A stretch of 58,075 bases of DNA, taken from the NCBI GenBank assembly GCA_964402765.1, contig CAYODS010000001.1, positions 1 to 58,075 of the forward strand, read 5' to 3'. The notes under the pieces are model-generated. The model did not search any database, had not been told where the DNA came from, and saw only the letters and a program-made list of their open reading frames with translations. The position numbers and the translations under genes were made by a program. Shown here piece by piece: positions 36,428 through 46,114 of the stretch. How positions within the stretch are numbered: position 1 is the stretch's first letter; every line of letters begins with the position of its first letter. Source of the DNA: an uncultured Halobacteriales archaeon. GTDB taxonomy: Archaea; Halobacteriota; Halobacteria; Halobacteriales; SW-7-71-33.

Positions 36428-37261
36428 TCACAGCGGGAACGACCGCATCAGCGCCGGCAGTTTGTTCCGCAGGCGGACCGACAGCCCACCGGAGCGGTCG
36501 TGGACCGTCTGCATCTCCGCCTCGGTCAACTCGAAGTCGAACACGGCGGCGTTCTGTTCGACGTGGTCCGGCGACGAGGAGCGGGGGATCGCCGCGACGT
36601 TTGGCTGTTGGACGAGCCAGCGCAGCGCCACCTGGGCGGGTGTCTTGTCGTACCGCGCGCCGATCCGGGCGAGGGTGTCGTCGTCCAGCACCGACCCCCG
36701 GGCGAGCGGACTGTACGCTGTCAGGACCGTGTCGGTCTCGACGCAGTACTCAAGCAGGTCGCGCTGGTCGACGTACGGGTGGTACAGCACCTGGTCGGTG
36801 ACGACCCGGCTGTCTGCGACCGACCGTGCCGTCGACAGCTGCGAGCGGGTGAAGTTGCTGACGCCGACGTGGCGTGTCAGTCCGCGCTCGACGAGGTCGT
36901 CCATCGCGGACATCGTCTCCTCGATCGGCACCCGCGGGTGGGGCCAGTGCACGAGCAACAGGTCGACGTAGTCGACGCCCAGGCGGTCCCGGCTGGCCTC
37001 GGCGGCGGCGATCAGCTCCTCGCGCTGGAGGTTCGACCGCCACACCTTCGTCGTCAGAAACACCGCTTCGCGGTCGACGGGCGACTCCCGTATCGCCTGT
37101 CCCACCGCCGTCTCGTTGTCGTACTGCTCGGCGGTGTCGACGTGGCGGTACCCGCAGTCGAGTGCTGCCTCGACGGCCTGCCGGCAGGTGTCGCCCGACA
37201 GCTGCCAGGTGCCCAGCCCAATAGCCGGCATCTCGATGCCGTCGACATCGACCTGCTCCAT
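36428..37261 (-). CDS. aldo/keto reductase
   Basis: Start at ATG 37261 (MEQVDVDGIEMP). AIGLGTWQ, HVDTAEQYDNE and LLLVHWP motifs. Confidence 0.9.
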   Translation of the reverse strand: MEQVDVDGIEMPAIGLGTWQLSGDTCRQAVEAALDCGYRHVDTAEQYDNETAVGQAIRESPVDREAVFLTTKVWRSNLQREELIAAAEASRDRLGVDYVDLLLVHWPHPRVPIEETMSAMDDLVERGLTRHVGVSNFTRSQLSTARSVADSRVVTDQVLYHPYVDQRDLLEYCVETDTVLTAYSPLARGSVLDDDTLARIGARYDKTPAQVALRWLVQQPNVAAIPRSSSPDHVEQNAAVFDFELTEAEMQTVHDRSGGLSVRLRNKLPALMRSFPL

Positions 37262-37375
37262 ACGTACCGTGTGCGACCCACGTGAAAAAAGCGCGTGGCC
37301 CCGTCCGCTCGACCCGTTCTCCACTGCCGTCCAGAGTGCCGGTCGCGGACGTCGAATGGGGTCGCCCTGGGCGCT

Positions 37376-38332
37376 TCAGGTGTCCGTCGCGAGTCGTTCG
37401 AGGCCGGCGACGACGGCCCCGACGAGGACGACGAGAACGACGACCGCCACCAGAAGCGTCGAGACGACGCTGACGACGGGGTCCAGACTTCCCCGCAGCG
37501 AGTTCCAGGCCAGCACCGGCACCGTGCGGGTGTCCGGCCCGGAGACGAACAACGTCATCACGAACTCCTGGAGGCTGACGATGAAGGCGATCAGCCCGGC
37601 GGCGAACAGCCCCGAGCGTACGTTCGGGGCGATGACCTCGACGAAGGCCCGGGACGGCGTGGCCCCGAGGTCCAGCGCCGCCTCGCGGAGCCGTGGGTCG
37701 AACCGCGACAGCGAGGCTCGCATCACCGAGAACGCGAGTGGCATCGCCCACAGCGAGTGTGCGGCGATCACGGCGAGGTAGGTCTGCTGTAGGTCGAACT
37801 CCCCGAGAAAGACCAGCAGCGAGACGCCGAGCACCACGCCCGGCACCAGAAGCGGCACCACGGCCAGTCCGAGGACGGCCGCCTCACGGCGCCCACGTAG
37901 GTCGCTCACGCCGAGTGCCGCCGTCGTCCCGGCGACCGTCGCCAGAAGCGTCGTGCCGCCGGCCACGAGCAGGCTGTTCATCGCCGCCCGCCGCCACCGG
38001 AGACTGCCCACGAACGCCTCGTACCACCGCGTCGACAGCCCCGGCGGCGGGAACGACAGCGACCCCGTACTGGAGAAGGAAGTCACCACGACGACCGCGA
38101 TCGGCGCCAGGAGAAAAGCGAACACCACGCCGACGCTCGCCCGGAACAGCCACCGTCCGGCGGCCACGCGGTCGATCCGCGGCCGTGTGGCACCACTCGA
38201 CTGGCCACCGCCGACGGCTCCGACTCCCGCTCGCGTCCCGGGGTCGCCGCCGTCGGTCCGTCGGGCCGGGCGGTCACCCTCGTTCCCGCCGTCGGTGTCT
38301 CGTGCCGGGAGGTCGGGGCCCGGGTCAGACAT
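37376..38332 (-). CDS. ABC transporter permease (PotC-like)
   Basis: Six-helix binding-protein-dependent transport permease with an acidic N-terminal extension. It overlaps the upstream permease gene by 8 nt. Confidence 0.85.
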   Translation of the reverse strand: MSDPGPDLPARDTDGGNEGDRPARRTDGGDPGTRAGVGAVGGGQSSGATRPRIDRVAAGRWLFRASVGVVFAFLLAPIAVVVVTSFSSTGSLSFPPPGLSTRWYEAFVGSLRWRRAAMNSLLVAGGTTLLATVAGTTAALGVSDLRGRREAAVLGLAVVPLLVPGVVLGVSLLVFLGEFDLQQTYLAVIAAHSLWAMPLAFSVMRASLSRFDPRLREAALDLGATPSRAFVEVIAPNVRSGLFAAGLIAFIVSLQEFVMTLFVSGPDTRTVPVLAWNSLRGSLDPVVSVVSTLLVAVVVLVVLVGAVVAGLERLATDT

Positions 38333-39251
38333 CGTTCCGGCCTCCCTGGCGGCGCAGTCCGTACGCCCCGAGCGCGAGCACGACGAACACGACCGCCGTG
38401 AGCACGACTGCCAGCGCGGCGGCCGAGGGGTAGTCGAACTGTCGGAGCAGGCTGTCGACCTCGACGGCGACGGTACGTTCCCCGCTGGAGCCCAGCAGCA
38501 GTGGTGCCGCGTACGCCCCGGCGCTCCAGGCGAAGGCTATCACGCCGCCGACGGCCATTCCGGGGACAGCGTGTGGCAGCACGACCTCCCGGACCGCCCG
38601 CAGCGGGGTCGCGCCCAGGTCGCTGGCGGCCTCGACGAGGTGTTCGTCGAGCCCGGTCAGCACGGAGTACACCGACAGCACCACGTACGGTACGACGACG
38701 TACAACTGTCCCAGCACCACGCCGACCTCGTTGTTCACCAGCACCAGCGGCCCGTCCAGCAGTCCCGACGCGAGCACCACGTCGTTGACCACGCCCGCGG
38801 GCGAGAACACGACCAGCGCGGCGAACAGCTTCACGACGAGCGTCGTGAACATCGACACCACGACACCGGCGAGCAACAGCGTCCGGACGACCGACGACCC
38901 ACGCCAGGCGGCGTAGGCGTACAGCGTCCCGACGGCGACCGCGAGAACCGTCGCGACCACCGCGAACCCCATCGTGAACCCGAACACACGGGCGGCGACC
39001 GAGGAGTCGAACAGGAACTCGTACCCCTCGACCGACCACGTGCCACGGACCAGCGCCTGCCCAGTCGACCGCTCCGCGAGACTCACCCGCAGCAGGTACC
39101 CCATCGGGACGACGAACACGAGCAGGTCGAACAGCACGAGCGGCGCCAACAACAGCCGTCGCCGGGTGACCGACCCGAGTCGCCCTGGGTCGAGCGCGCT
39201 CACCGCGGCTCCCAGTCCGGTTTCGCGACCGGACGCCCCGGCATCGCTCAT
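38325..39251 (-). CDS. ABC transporter permease (PotB-like)
   Basis: Start set at ATG 39251 (MSDAGASG), which overlaps the ATPase stop as ATGA. The EAASDLGATPLRAVREVVLP permease signature is present. Confidence 0.85.
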   Translation of the reverse strand: MSDAGASGRETGLGAAVSALDPGRLGSVTRRRLLLAPLVLFDLLVFVVPMGYLLRVSLAERSTGQALVRGTWSVEGYEFLFDSSVAARVFGFTMGFAVVATVLAVAVGTLYAYAAWRGSSVVRTLLLAGVVVSMFTTLVVKLFAALVVFSPAGVVNDVVLASGLLDGPLVLVNNEVGVVLGQLYVVVPYVVLSVYSVLTGLDEHLVEAASDLGATPLRAVREVVLPHAVPGMAVGGVIAFAWSAGAYAAPLLLGSSGERTVAVEVDSLLRQFDYPSAAALAVVLTAVVFVVLALGAYGLRRQGGRNDV

Positions 39252-40423
39252 GTCCGGACCCGGAGCCGGCTGTCGTCCGGCCCGAAGTAGTAGGCGTCGG
39301 TCACGTCCCATGACAGCCGCGCTCGGTCACCCGTCGATAGCGCCGGCGCACGTGTCGTCGGTCGCTCGACGAACACGTCGACGCCGTCGCCGACGGTGAC
39401 GTACTGCCGCACCGTCGACCCGCGGTGGACCACCTCCGAAACCGTCCCCGGGAGCGTCACACGGCCCGTGACAGTCGCGTCGTCGGTCTCCGGGGCGGTC
39501 GACTCCGACGCCGTCCCGCCGTCCGGGCTGGCGGCTGCCGGCGTCAGCTCGACCGTCTCCGGGCGCAGCGAGACGGCCACGCTGTCGCCGCCCGAGGGTG
39601 TCGTCTCGAACGGCACCGTCACGTCGACGCCGAGCGACGGGAGCCCCACGTCGACGAGTGAGCGGTCCCCGTCGCGCTCGCTCCCGACGACCCGACCGTC
39701 GAGGAAGTTCGTACTCCCCAGAAACGACTCGACGAACCGATCGACAGGGTCGTTGTACACCGTCTCCGGGGCGCCGACCTGGACCAGTTCGCCGTCGTTC
39801 ATGATACCGATCCGGTCCGCGAGGGTGAACGCCTCGTCCTGGTCGTGGGTGACGTACAGCATCGGTGTCGCCAGCCGTTCCTGGATCCGCTTGAGCTCCA
39901 ACTGCATCGTCTCCCGGAGCCGCTTGTCGAGGTTCGACAGCGGCTCGTCCAGCAACAGCACGTCGGGGTCGACCGCCAGTCCTCGGGCCAGCGCGACACG
40001 CTGTTTCTGTCCGCCGGACAGTTCGGCGGGCCTGTCGTCGGCGTGCTCGGCCATCTCCACCGTCGCCAGGTGCTCGCGGGCCCGCTCCCGGCGCTTGTCG
40101 GCCGGCACGCCGGCCATCTTCGGCCCGAAGGCGACGTTCTCGAGGACGGTCTTGTTCGGGAACAGTGCCCAGTTCTGGAACACCGTCGCGCAGTCGCGGT
40201 CGTACGGTGCCACACCGGTCACGTCGTCCCCGTCGAGCGCGACGTCGCCGGCGTCCGGCGTCTCGAAGCCCGCGATCGTCCGCAGGGTCGTCGTCTTGCC
40301 ACAGCCCGAGGGACCCAGCAGGCAGAACAGTTCGCCCGCCTGGACCGACAGTGACAGGTCCTCGATGGCCACGACACTGTCGTACGCGACGCGGACGCCG
40401 TCGAGGACGACGACACCGGTCAC
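39248..40423 (-). CDS. ABC transporter ATP-binding protein (PotA/CysA-like, with C-terminal TOBE-like domain)
   Basis: GPSGCGKTTTL (Walker A), LSGGQKQRVALAR (signature) and LLLDEPLSNLD (Walker B). Confidence 0.92.
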   Translation of the reverse strand: MTGVVVLDGVRVAYDSVVAIEDLSLSVQAGELFCLLGPSGCGKTTTLRTIAGFETPDAGDVALDGDDVTGVAPYDRDCATVFQNWALFPNKTVLENVAFGPKMAGVPADKRRERAREHLATVEMAEHADDRPAELSGGQKQRVALARGLAVDPDVLLLDEPLSNLDKRLRETMQLELKRIQERLATPMLYVTHDQDEAFTLADRIGIMNDGELVQVGAPETVYNDPVDRFVESFLGSTNFLDGRVVGSERDGDRSLVDVGLPSLGVDVTVPFETTPSGGDSVAVSLRPETVELTPAAASPDGGTASESTAPETDDATVTGRVTLPGTVSEVVHRGSTVRQYVTVGDGVDVFVERPTTRAPALSTGDRARLSWDVTDAYYFGPDDSRLRVRT

Positions 40424-40544
40424 GACGGACCCCCCTGCGGTGTTCGCAGTGGACTCGTGGCGTCACCCGGTGTGTCCGGCCGTCGGCCCGTCGCCAGCGT
40501 GTGTCCTCGTGTCATGTCGTGTGGTGTCGGGTCCGTGTCCGGGG

Positions 40545-41699
40545 TCAGAACTGGCTCTGGAACTGCTTGTACCGCTGGTTGAGCTGGGGTGCGGCCTCGG
40601 CGATCCGGGCGTACTTCTTGAACACGACGTTCTCGTCGAGTTCGTCGTTCCCGAGTGGCACCTGCTCGCGGGTCGCCTCGGGGTAACTGGCGTTCTCGTT
40701 CGCCATCCCGAGGTTGAACGCGTTGGCGTACTCCGTCTGGACGTCCTCGCGCAGCAGGAAGTCGATGAACTCCTCGGCGCGCGTGCGGTTGCTCGTCCCG
40801 CGGGCGATCTGGTAGTGGTCGATGTACCCGACGGTCCGCTCGGGGACGTGGACGCCGACGTTCATCTCCGAGGTCTGGCGCTGCTTCGCGAGGCTGTAGG
40901 CGTAGAAGTACTGGCCCATCTCCGCCACGCCCTGGGAGATCGCCGTCCACATGTCCTGTGCGCCGCTGTAGAACTTCGAGACCGGCATCTCCCCGAGCGT
41001 CTCGAAGATGGCGTCGCGCTGGCGCTCGTCGTACAGTTCCTCTGCCATCGGCGCCTCGTCGGCGACGATGGCACCCATCAGGACCGCGTTGAGGAAGTAA
41101 CTCCCTGGCAACGCGAGGTTCTCGGCCTCTTTCCTCGTCACGAGGTCGCTCCACGCCTCCGGCTGGAAGTCGACGGCGTCCTCGTCGTAGGCGTACCCCA
41201 TGATGCCGTACGCCACCGGCACACCGTCGTCGCTCACGATGTTCTCCTCGAGGGCCGGCTTCACCGTCTCGGCGTTCGGGACGTTCTCGTACCGGATCGG
41301 CTCCCAGAGGCCGTCCTGGTTGCCGAGGTAGTGGTCGCGCGTGCTCCCGACTGTCAGGTCGAACGGCGGGTCGTCCGACGGCGACTGGCGTATCTTGCCG
41401 AGAATGTTCGACCAGTTGCCGACGACCCGGAGACTGTTGCCGGTCTCCTCCTCGTACATCGGCTTGATCGTCTCCTCGAAGACGGCCTGGTTCGTGCCGC
41501 TCCACGTCGACACCGTCAGCGGCCCGCCGCCGCCGCCCCCGGCACACCCGGCGACGGCGAGCGCGGCCGCCGTTCCGCCCGCGGCCAGTAAGGACCGGCG
41601 ACTCGTCGTCCGCCCGGCCGTCCTGGGACCCGACGACGTCGCTCCGTCGCCACGGCTCGTCTCGGCGTCGCTCCGACTCGTCCCCGAATCGTCGCCCAT
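40545..41699 (-). CDS. ABC transporter substrate-binding lipoprotein (family 1, PotD-like) with Tat signal
   Basis: SRRSLLAAGGTAAALAVAGC is a Tat signal plus lipobox. Start chosen at ATG 41699 (MGDDSG) with GTTAAGT (complement of 41724-41730) 25-31 nt upstream. GTG 41723 is the alternative. Confidence 0.85.
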   Translation of the reverse strand: MGDDSGTSRSDAETSRGDGATSSGPRTAGRTTSRRSLLAAGGTAAALAVAGCAGGGGGGPLTVSTWSGTNQAVFEETIKPMYEEETGNSLRVVGNWSNILGKIRQSPSDDPPFDLTVGSTRDHYLGNQDGLWEPIRYENVPNAETVKPALEENIVSDDGVPVAYGIMGYAYDEDAVDFQPEAWSDLVTRKEAENLALPGSYFLNAVLMGAIVADEAPMAEELYDERQRDAIFETLGEMPVSKFYSGAQDMWTAISQGVAEMGQYFYAYSLAKQRQTSEMNVGVHVPERTVGYIDHYQIARGTSNRTRAEEFIDFLLREDVQTEYANAFNLGMANENASYPEATREQVPLGNDELDENVVFKKYARIAEAAPQLNQRYKQFQSQF

Positions 41700-41723
41700 A
41701 CACGTGTGCGCACGCGCGCGCAC
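41697..41723. repeat. 27-nt perfectly alternating pyrimidine-purine tract (Z-DNA-prone) containing CACGTG and GTGCGCAC palindromes
   Basis: catacacgtgtgcgcacgcgcgcgcac, located between the TATA-like element and the start codon of the ABC importer operon. Confidence 0.6.
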
Positions 41724-41821
41724 TTAACCGACACGGTGACGGTGGAGAGACAACGGGGGTCGTGAGTGAGCGACGCGAGGCACACCGGCCTGCTCGTGGT
41801 GTCGGCCCCAACCTCCCTCGA

Positions 41822-43333
41822 CTACCGTCGCGCCCGCAACTCGGGGAAGTACCGGCCGTGGAAGTCGAAGGGAGCGGCGTGGGGCAGGGTCACCCGGGCG
41901 CGCTCGTCCAGCGTCCGCCCGTCGAGGACGAGCAGCCGCGAGCGGTCGGCTTCATCGTCCAGCGTGACCGTCAACAGGACACCGTCGTCGCCGGACGGCG
42001 TCCGGCTGCCAGCGGCGCGTGGCGTCTCGCTGTTTTCCGACTCGCGCTCCTCTGTGGGCGCCGGGACGAAGATCGGCTCGCCGAAGTAGTCCCCGCCCGC
42101 CGTGTGCTCGGTCACCTCGCCCGTCCGGGTGTCGTACTTCATGACGCCGGTGGCCCACTCGGTGACCGGCTGGTCCATGCTCATCGCGTACACGTACCGG
42201 TGCTCGCGACACCACCGCGCCGGCGAGGCCGTCGGGAGGGCGGTACCCCCGTCGTACAGCCGCTCGCGCTCGACGGTCGCCCCGTCGGCGCCGTACCGGT
42301 CCCCCGCCAGATCGACGGTGAACCGGTCCAGGCGCCCGGCGATCGCGTCCAACTCGCCGGCCCGCAGCGAGTCCAGGTACAGCGAGTCGATCGACTCGGC
42401 GTCGGGCACCGTCTCCAGGTCGAACACCAGCCGCCGCCCGCCGTCACGCTCGAAGGCGTTGACGTGGTGGAAGCCGAACACGGCGTCCGTGACGGGGTCG
42501 GCGACCACCTCGCCGCTGGTGCGGTCAAGCACGACGACCCGCGTGCCCCGCTCCGGTTCCCACTCGAACTGCTCGATAAAGGGCGGCTGGCGACCGGGCC
42601 GGAACAGCCGCAGCGGGTTCAGCCGCAACGGGAACTCCGTGAGCACGACGTACCGCGGCGTGAGCGCGAAACTGTGCATGTACGCCGGCGCGTCGGTGTC
42701 GACGCTGCCGACGTGGCGGCGCTCGCCCGGCCCGGTGACGGCGTGGACGTGGTACCGGCTCGTGCGGCCGAACTCCGTCTCGACGTTCACCAGCGCGCCC
42801 GTCGTGGGGTCTCGCTTCATGTGTGCCATCGCCAACTGTCCGGCGGGCTGGTCGCCGTCGTAGGTCACGTCACCCCGCGCCCGGAGCGTGTTCGGGTCGA
42901 CGGCGACCTGCCGGGGGGACTCCGTGAGCGCGTGGTACTGGTCGCCGACGCGCTCGACGACGATGTTGGCGTTGTCGTAGGCGTCGGTGAGGAACCCGGC
43001 GAGTCGCGCTCGCAGCGTGGTCTCGCCGGTCGCGAACCCACCCTCGAACTCGCCGGCACGGGCCGCCGCCAGGGTGTCGGTGTCGAGAAACCGGTTGCGG
43101 TAGTGGACGGCGTCGTCGTCGCCGCGGGCCCGCCCGCCGGGGTCGAAGGTGAACCGGTACAGCATCGCGAGCCCGTCGAACCAGTGGTCCACCGACCCGC
43201 CGTCGGGAAAGGCGAACGCGCCCGGGCCGTTGCGGACGAGACTCCCGGTCAGCCACGCAGGCAGGTCACCCTCGACCGGCAGGGTCTCCGCGCACTCCTC
43301 GTGCAGCGAGTGAAAGCCAGGGTGTGTCGCCAC
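41822..43333 (-). CDS. carotenoid cleavage oxygenase (RPE65/CCO family)
   Basis: LPAWLTGSLVRNGPGAF, DHWFDGLAMLYRF and FGFHHVNAFE are family motifs. Start chosen at GTG 43333, because the ORF maximum (43495) would overlap the divergent capA-like gene and CTTAGT (complement of 43356-43361) lies 23-28 nt upstream. Confidence 0.85.
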   Translation of the reverse strand: MATHPGFHSLHEECAETLPVEGDLPAWLTGSLVRNGPGAFAFPDGGSVDHWFDGLAMLYRFTFDPGGRARGDDDAVHYRNRFLDTDTLAAARAGEFEGGFATGETTLRARLAGFLTDAYDNANIVVERVGDQYHALTESPRQVAVDPNTLRARGDVTYDGDQPAGQLAMAHMKRDPTTGALVNVETEFGRTSRYHVHAVTGPGERRHVGSVDTDAPAYMHSFALTPRYVVLTEFPLRLNPLRLFRPGRQPPFIEQFEWEPERGTRVVVLDRTSGEVVADPVTDAVFGFHHVNAFERDGGRRLVFDLETVPDAESIDSLYLDSLRAGELDAIAGRLDRFTVDLAGDRYGADGATVERERLYDGGTALPTASPARWCREHRYVYAMSMDQPVTEWATGVMKYDTRTGEVTEHTAGGDYFGEPIFVPAPTEERESENSETPRAAGSRTPSGDDGVLLTVTLDDEADRSRLLVLDGRTLDERARVTLPHAAPFDFHGRYFPELRARR

Positions 43334-43442
43334 GTGCCCGCTCCGTCCGCGACGGACTAAGCCCTGCCGGACTCCACACGTCCCGCCGCCGTTCGGAGAC
43401 ACCCCGCAGCGTTCAAGCCCGTCGCTCCCGTGGGGCGAGGCG

Positions 43443-44552
43443 ATGCGGACCCGGCGTGACCTGCTGGCGGCGGTCGCGGGCGTCGGCGTCGGCACGGGGA
43501 CCGCCGGGTGTCTCGGCTACGGTCCCGACTCGCGCCCGGAGCGCGGCCCGCTCGGGGCCACCGGCGACGCCCGCCTCGGGTTCGTCGGCGACGCGATGCT
43601 CGGCCGCAGCGTCACCGACCACTGGACCGACGCCGACGACCCGACCGGTGTCTGGGGGACCACGACGCCCCGACTCGAGGCGCTCGACGGACTCGTCCTC
43701 AACCTGGAGTGCTGCGTGTCGGCCCGTGGCGAGGCGCGGGACAAGACCTACCGCTTCCGTGCCGACCCGTCGTTCGCCGTGCCGGCGCTGTCCGCGCTCC
43801 CCACGCCGGTGGCCGCCCTCGCCAACAACCACGTCCTCGACTTCGGTCGGGTCGCGCTGCGGGACACCCTCGACCACCTCGACCGCGCGGGCGTGGCCCA
43901 CGCCGGCGCCGGCCGCTCCCGATCGGCGGCGCTCGCGCCCGCCGTCGCCACGGTCGGCGACCTGACCGTCGCGACGCTGTCGCTGACCGACCGCTACCTC
44001 CCCTACGCCGCCGCCGGCGACCGCCCCGGCACCGCCTACGTCCCGACCGACCGCCGGCACCCGGAGACGCGGGCGACGGTCCGCGAGGCGCTCTCCCGGG
44101 TCCCCGACCGGGCCGATCTCGTGGTCGCCTCGCTGCACTGGGGACCGAACTGGGAGACCGCGCCCGACGACCGCCAGCGGGCGTTCGCCCGGTGGCTCGT
44201 CGACGAGGGCGTCGACGCCGTCCACGGCCACAGCGCCCACGTCCTCCAGGGCGTCGAGGTGTACCGGGGTCGACCGATCCTGTACGACTGCGGTGACTTT
44301 GTCGACGACTACCTCCACCGCGAGGACGTGGTGAACAAGCGCTCGGCGCTGTTCGAGCTCGTCGTCGCCGACGGTGACCTGCGGGCACTGTGCGCCCACC
44401 CGACGGTCATCGCGAACGAGACGGCCGAACTCGCGGTCGGCCCGACGGCGGCGTGGATCCGGGAGACGCTGCGGGAGCGCTCCGCGCCGTTCGGGACGAC
44501 CGTCCAGCGGGCCGCGGACGGGCGCGGGGTCGTGGTCCCGCTCGGCGCGTAG
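43443..44552 (+). CDS. CapA-family protein (poly-gamma-glutamate synthesis/metallophosphatase-like) with Tat-lipobox signal
   Basis: MRTRRDLLAAVAGVGVGTGTAGC signal, plus LANNHVLDFG and AVHGHSAHVLQG motifs. Confidence 0.85.
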   Translation: MRTRRDLLAAVAGVGVGTGTAGCLGYGPDSRPERGPLGATGDARLGFVGDAMLGRSVTDHWTDADDPTGVWGTTTPRLEALDGLVLNLECCVSARGEARDKTYRFRADPSFAVPALSALPTPVAALANNHVLDFGRVALRDTLDHLDRAGVAHAGAGRSRSAALAPAVATVGDLTVATLSLTDRYLPYAAAGDRPGTAYVPTDRRHPETRATVREALSRVPDRADLVVASLHWGPNWETAPDDRQRAFARWLVDEGVDAVHGHSAHVLQGVEVYRGRPILYDCGDFVDDYLHREDVVNKRSALFELVVADGDLRALCAHPTVIANETAELAVGPTAAWIRETLRERSAPFGTTVQRAADGRGVVVPLGA

Positions 44553-44637
44553 CCCGCGTCTCGCCGCCCGACTGCGCGGGGTTTTTGCTCCCCGGAGCCG
44601 TCCTCGGTGTCGTGACCCGCTCCGAGGAGGTCCCGTG

Positions 44638-45093
44638 ATGGACCTCGACCGCTTCGCCGAGGACACGCCCGACGACGACGCTCCCGGGGACGCCCGCGTC
44701 TGTCTCGTCGCCGCCCAGCCGGACACCTTCGAGCGGTGCCGGGCGGGACTGTACCCCGCGCCCCGGTCGTACGACCGCACCCGCGAGTCCTTCGAGTACA
44801 TGGCCTTCTACCGCACGGCGCCGGTCTCGGCGGTCACGCACTACGCCCGGGTCACCGACCGGGTCGAGCAGGAGCGGGGCGCCCCCGGGCCGATGGACGA
44901 GGCGGACTGGCGGACGACGATCGACCCGTTCACCGACGAGCGCGTCGTCGTGGTGTTCTCGCTCGACGAACTGGTGCCGCTGGCGACCCCGGTCGAGAAC
45001 GACGTCACGGGCGTCAGGGGGGCGTGGTACTGCACGGTCGCGGACCTGCGGGCGGCGACGACGCTTTCAGACCTCGCCGACCGCCGGGAGTGA
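44638..45093 (+). CDS. hypothetical protein (151 aa)
   Basis: ATG-initiated acidic ORF (MDLDRFAEDTPDDD...) with high third-position GC. I recognise no family. A TTGTTTTT run at 45158-45165 downstream may be its terminator. Confidence 0.6.
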   Translation: MDLDRFAEDTPDDDAPGDARVCLVAAQPDTFERCRAGLYPAPRSYDRTRESFEYMAFYRTAPVSAVTHYARVTDRVEQERGAPGPMDEADWRTTIDPFTDERVVVVFSLDELVPLATPVENDVTGVRGAWYCTVADLRAATTLSDLADRRE

Positions 45094-45269
45094 CGCCGGA
45101 CTGCCGTCAGAGCCGTCGAGCGACACCCGGCGAAGCTCGCCCGTCACAGACCGTTACTTGTTTTTCACGCGAGGTCACAACCCCACGATTGTGCGCCGCT
45201 CACCCGGCTCGACGACCCGGGGCGGGCGCCGACGCGGCGTACTCACACGACACACCTGCTCACCGACAC

Positions 45270-46088
45270 ATGATCGAACACGCACTCGCAGACCCGGCGC
45301 TGGTACAGCTCGCTCAACCGCTCCAGGAGTCGGCCTACGACATCGTCCAGAACGACACGCTGCTCGCGTCCTCGCTGTGGGCCAACGTCGCCCTCGCGGG
45401 CCTGGCGATCCTGGCGTTCATCTACATGGGGCGTGACATCACCGGCCGCGCCCGGCTCATCTGGGTCGCGGTGCTGCTCGTGCCGTTGGTCTCGATCTCC
45501 TCGTACTCCTCGCTTCTGTCGGGGCTCACCGTCGACACCATCGTGATGCCCGAGGGCCACGCGCTGGCCGGCCAGGAGGTGTTCTCCTCCTGGGGCCGGT
45601 ACCTCACGTGGACGCTGTCGACACCGGCGATCCTGGTCGGGCTGGGCCTGCTCGCCGGCACCGACTTCACGAAGCTGTTCACCGCGGTGACGATGGACAT
45701 CGGCATGTGTGTCACCGGTCTCGCCGCCGCGCTGATAGTCGAGTCGCACCTGCTGCGGTGGGTGTTCTACGCGATCAGCTGTGCGTTCTTCCTCGCCGTC
45801 GTCTACGTCCTGCTCGCCGAGTGGCCCGCGGACGCCGCCGCCGCCGGCACCAGCGAGATATTCGGCACGCTGAAGCTCCTCACCGTCGTGCTGTGGTTCG
45901 GCTACCCGATCGTCTGGTTCGTCGGCGTCGAGGGCGTCGCCCTGGTCGAGGACCCGGCGATCGTCTCGTGGGCGTACTCCGCGCTCGACATCTTCGCGAA
46001 GTACGTGTTCGCGTTCCTGCTGTTGAACTGGGTGCGCAACAACCTCGACGTGGTCAACAGCAACCCCTCGCTGCTTGGCTCGTCCTGA
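45270..46088 (+). CDS. hop: halorhodopsin (light-driven chloride pump)
   Basis: Seven-TM opsin. WGRYLTWTLSTPAILVGLGLLAG has Thr and Ser at the BR D85/T89 positions. The Schiff-base Lys is in ALDIFAKYVF. From memory, it is close throughout to Natronomonas pharaonis HR (LNDPLLASSL, MCVTGLAAAL, LKLLTVV.W.GYPIVW). Confidence 0.93.
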   Translation: MIEHALADPALVQLAQPLQESAYDIVQNDTLLASSLWANVALAGLAILAFIYMGRDITGRARLIWVAVLLVPLVSISSYSSLLSGLTVDTIVMPEGHALAGQEVFSSWGRYLTWTLSTPAILVGLGLLAGTDFTKLFTAVTMDIGMCVTGLAAALIVESHLLRWVFYAISCAFFLAVVYVLLAEWPADAAAAGTSEIFGTLKLLTVVLWFGYPIVWFVGVEGVALVEDPAIVSWAYSALDIFAKYVFAFLLLNWVRNNLDVVNSNPSLLGSS

Positions 46089-46114
46089 CGGACACGCGCT
46101 CCCCTCGCCACACC

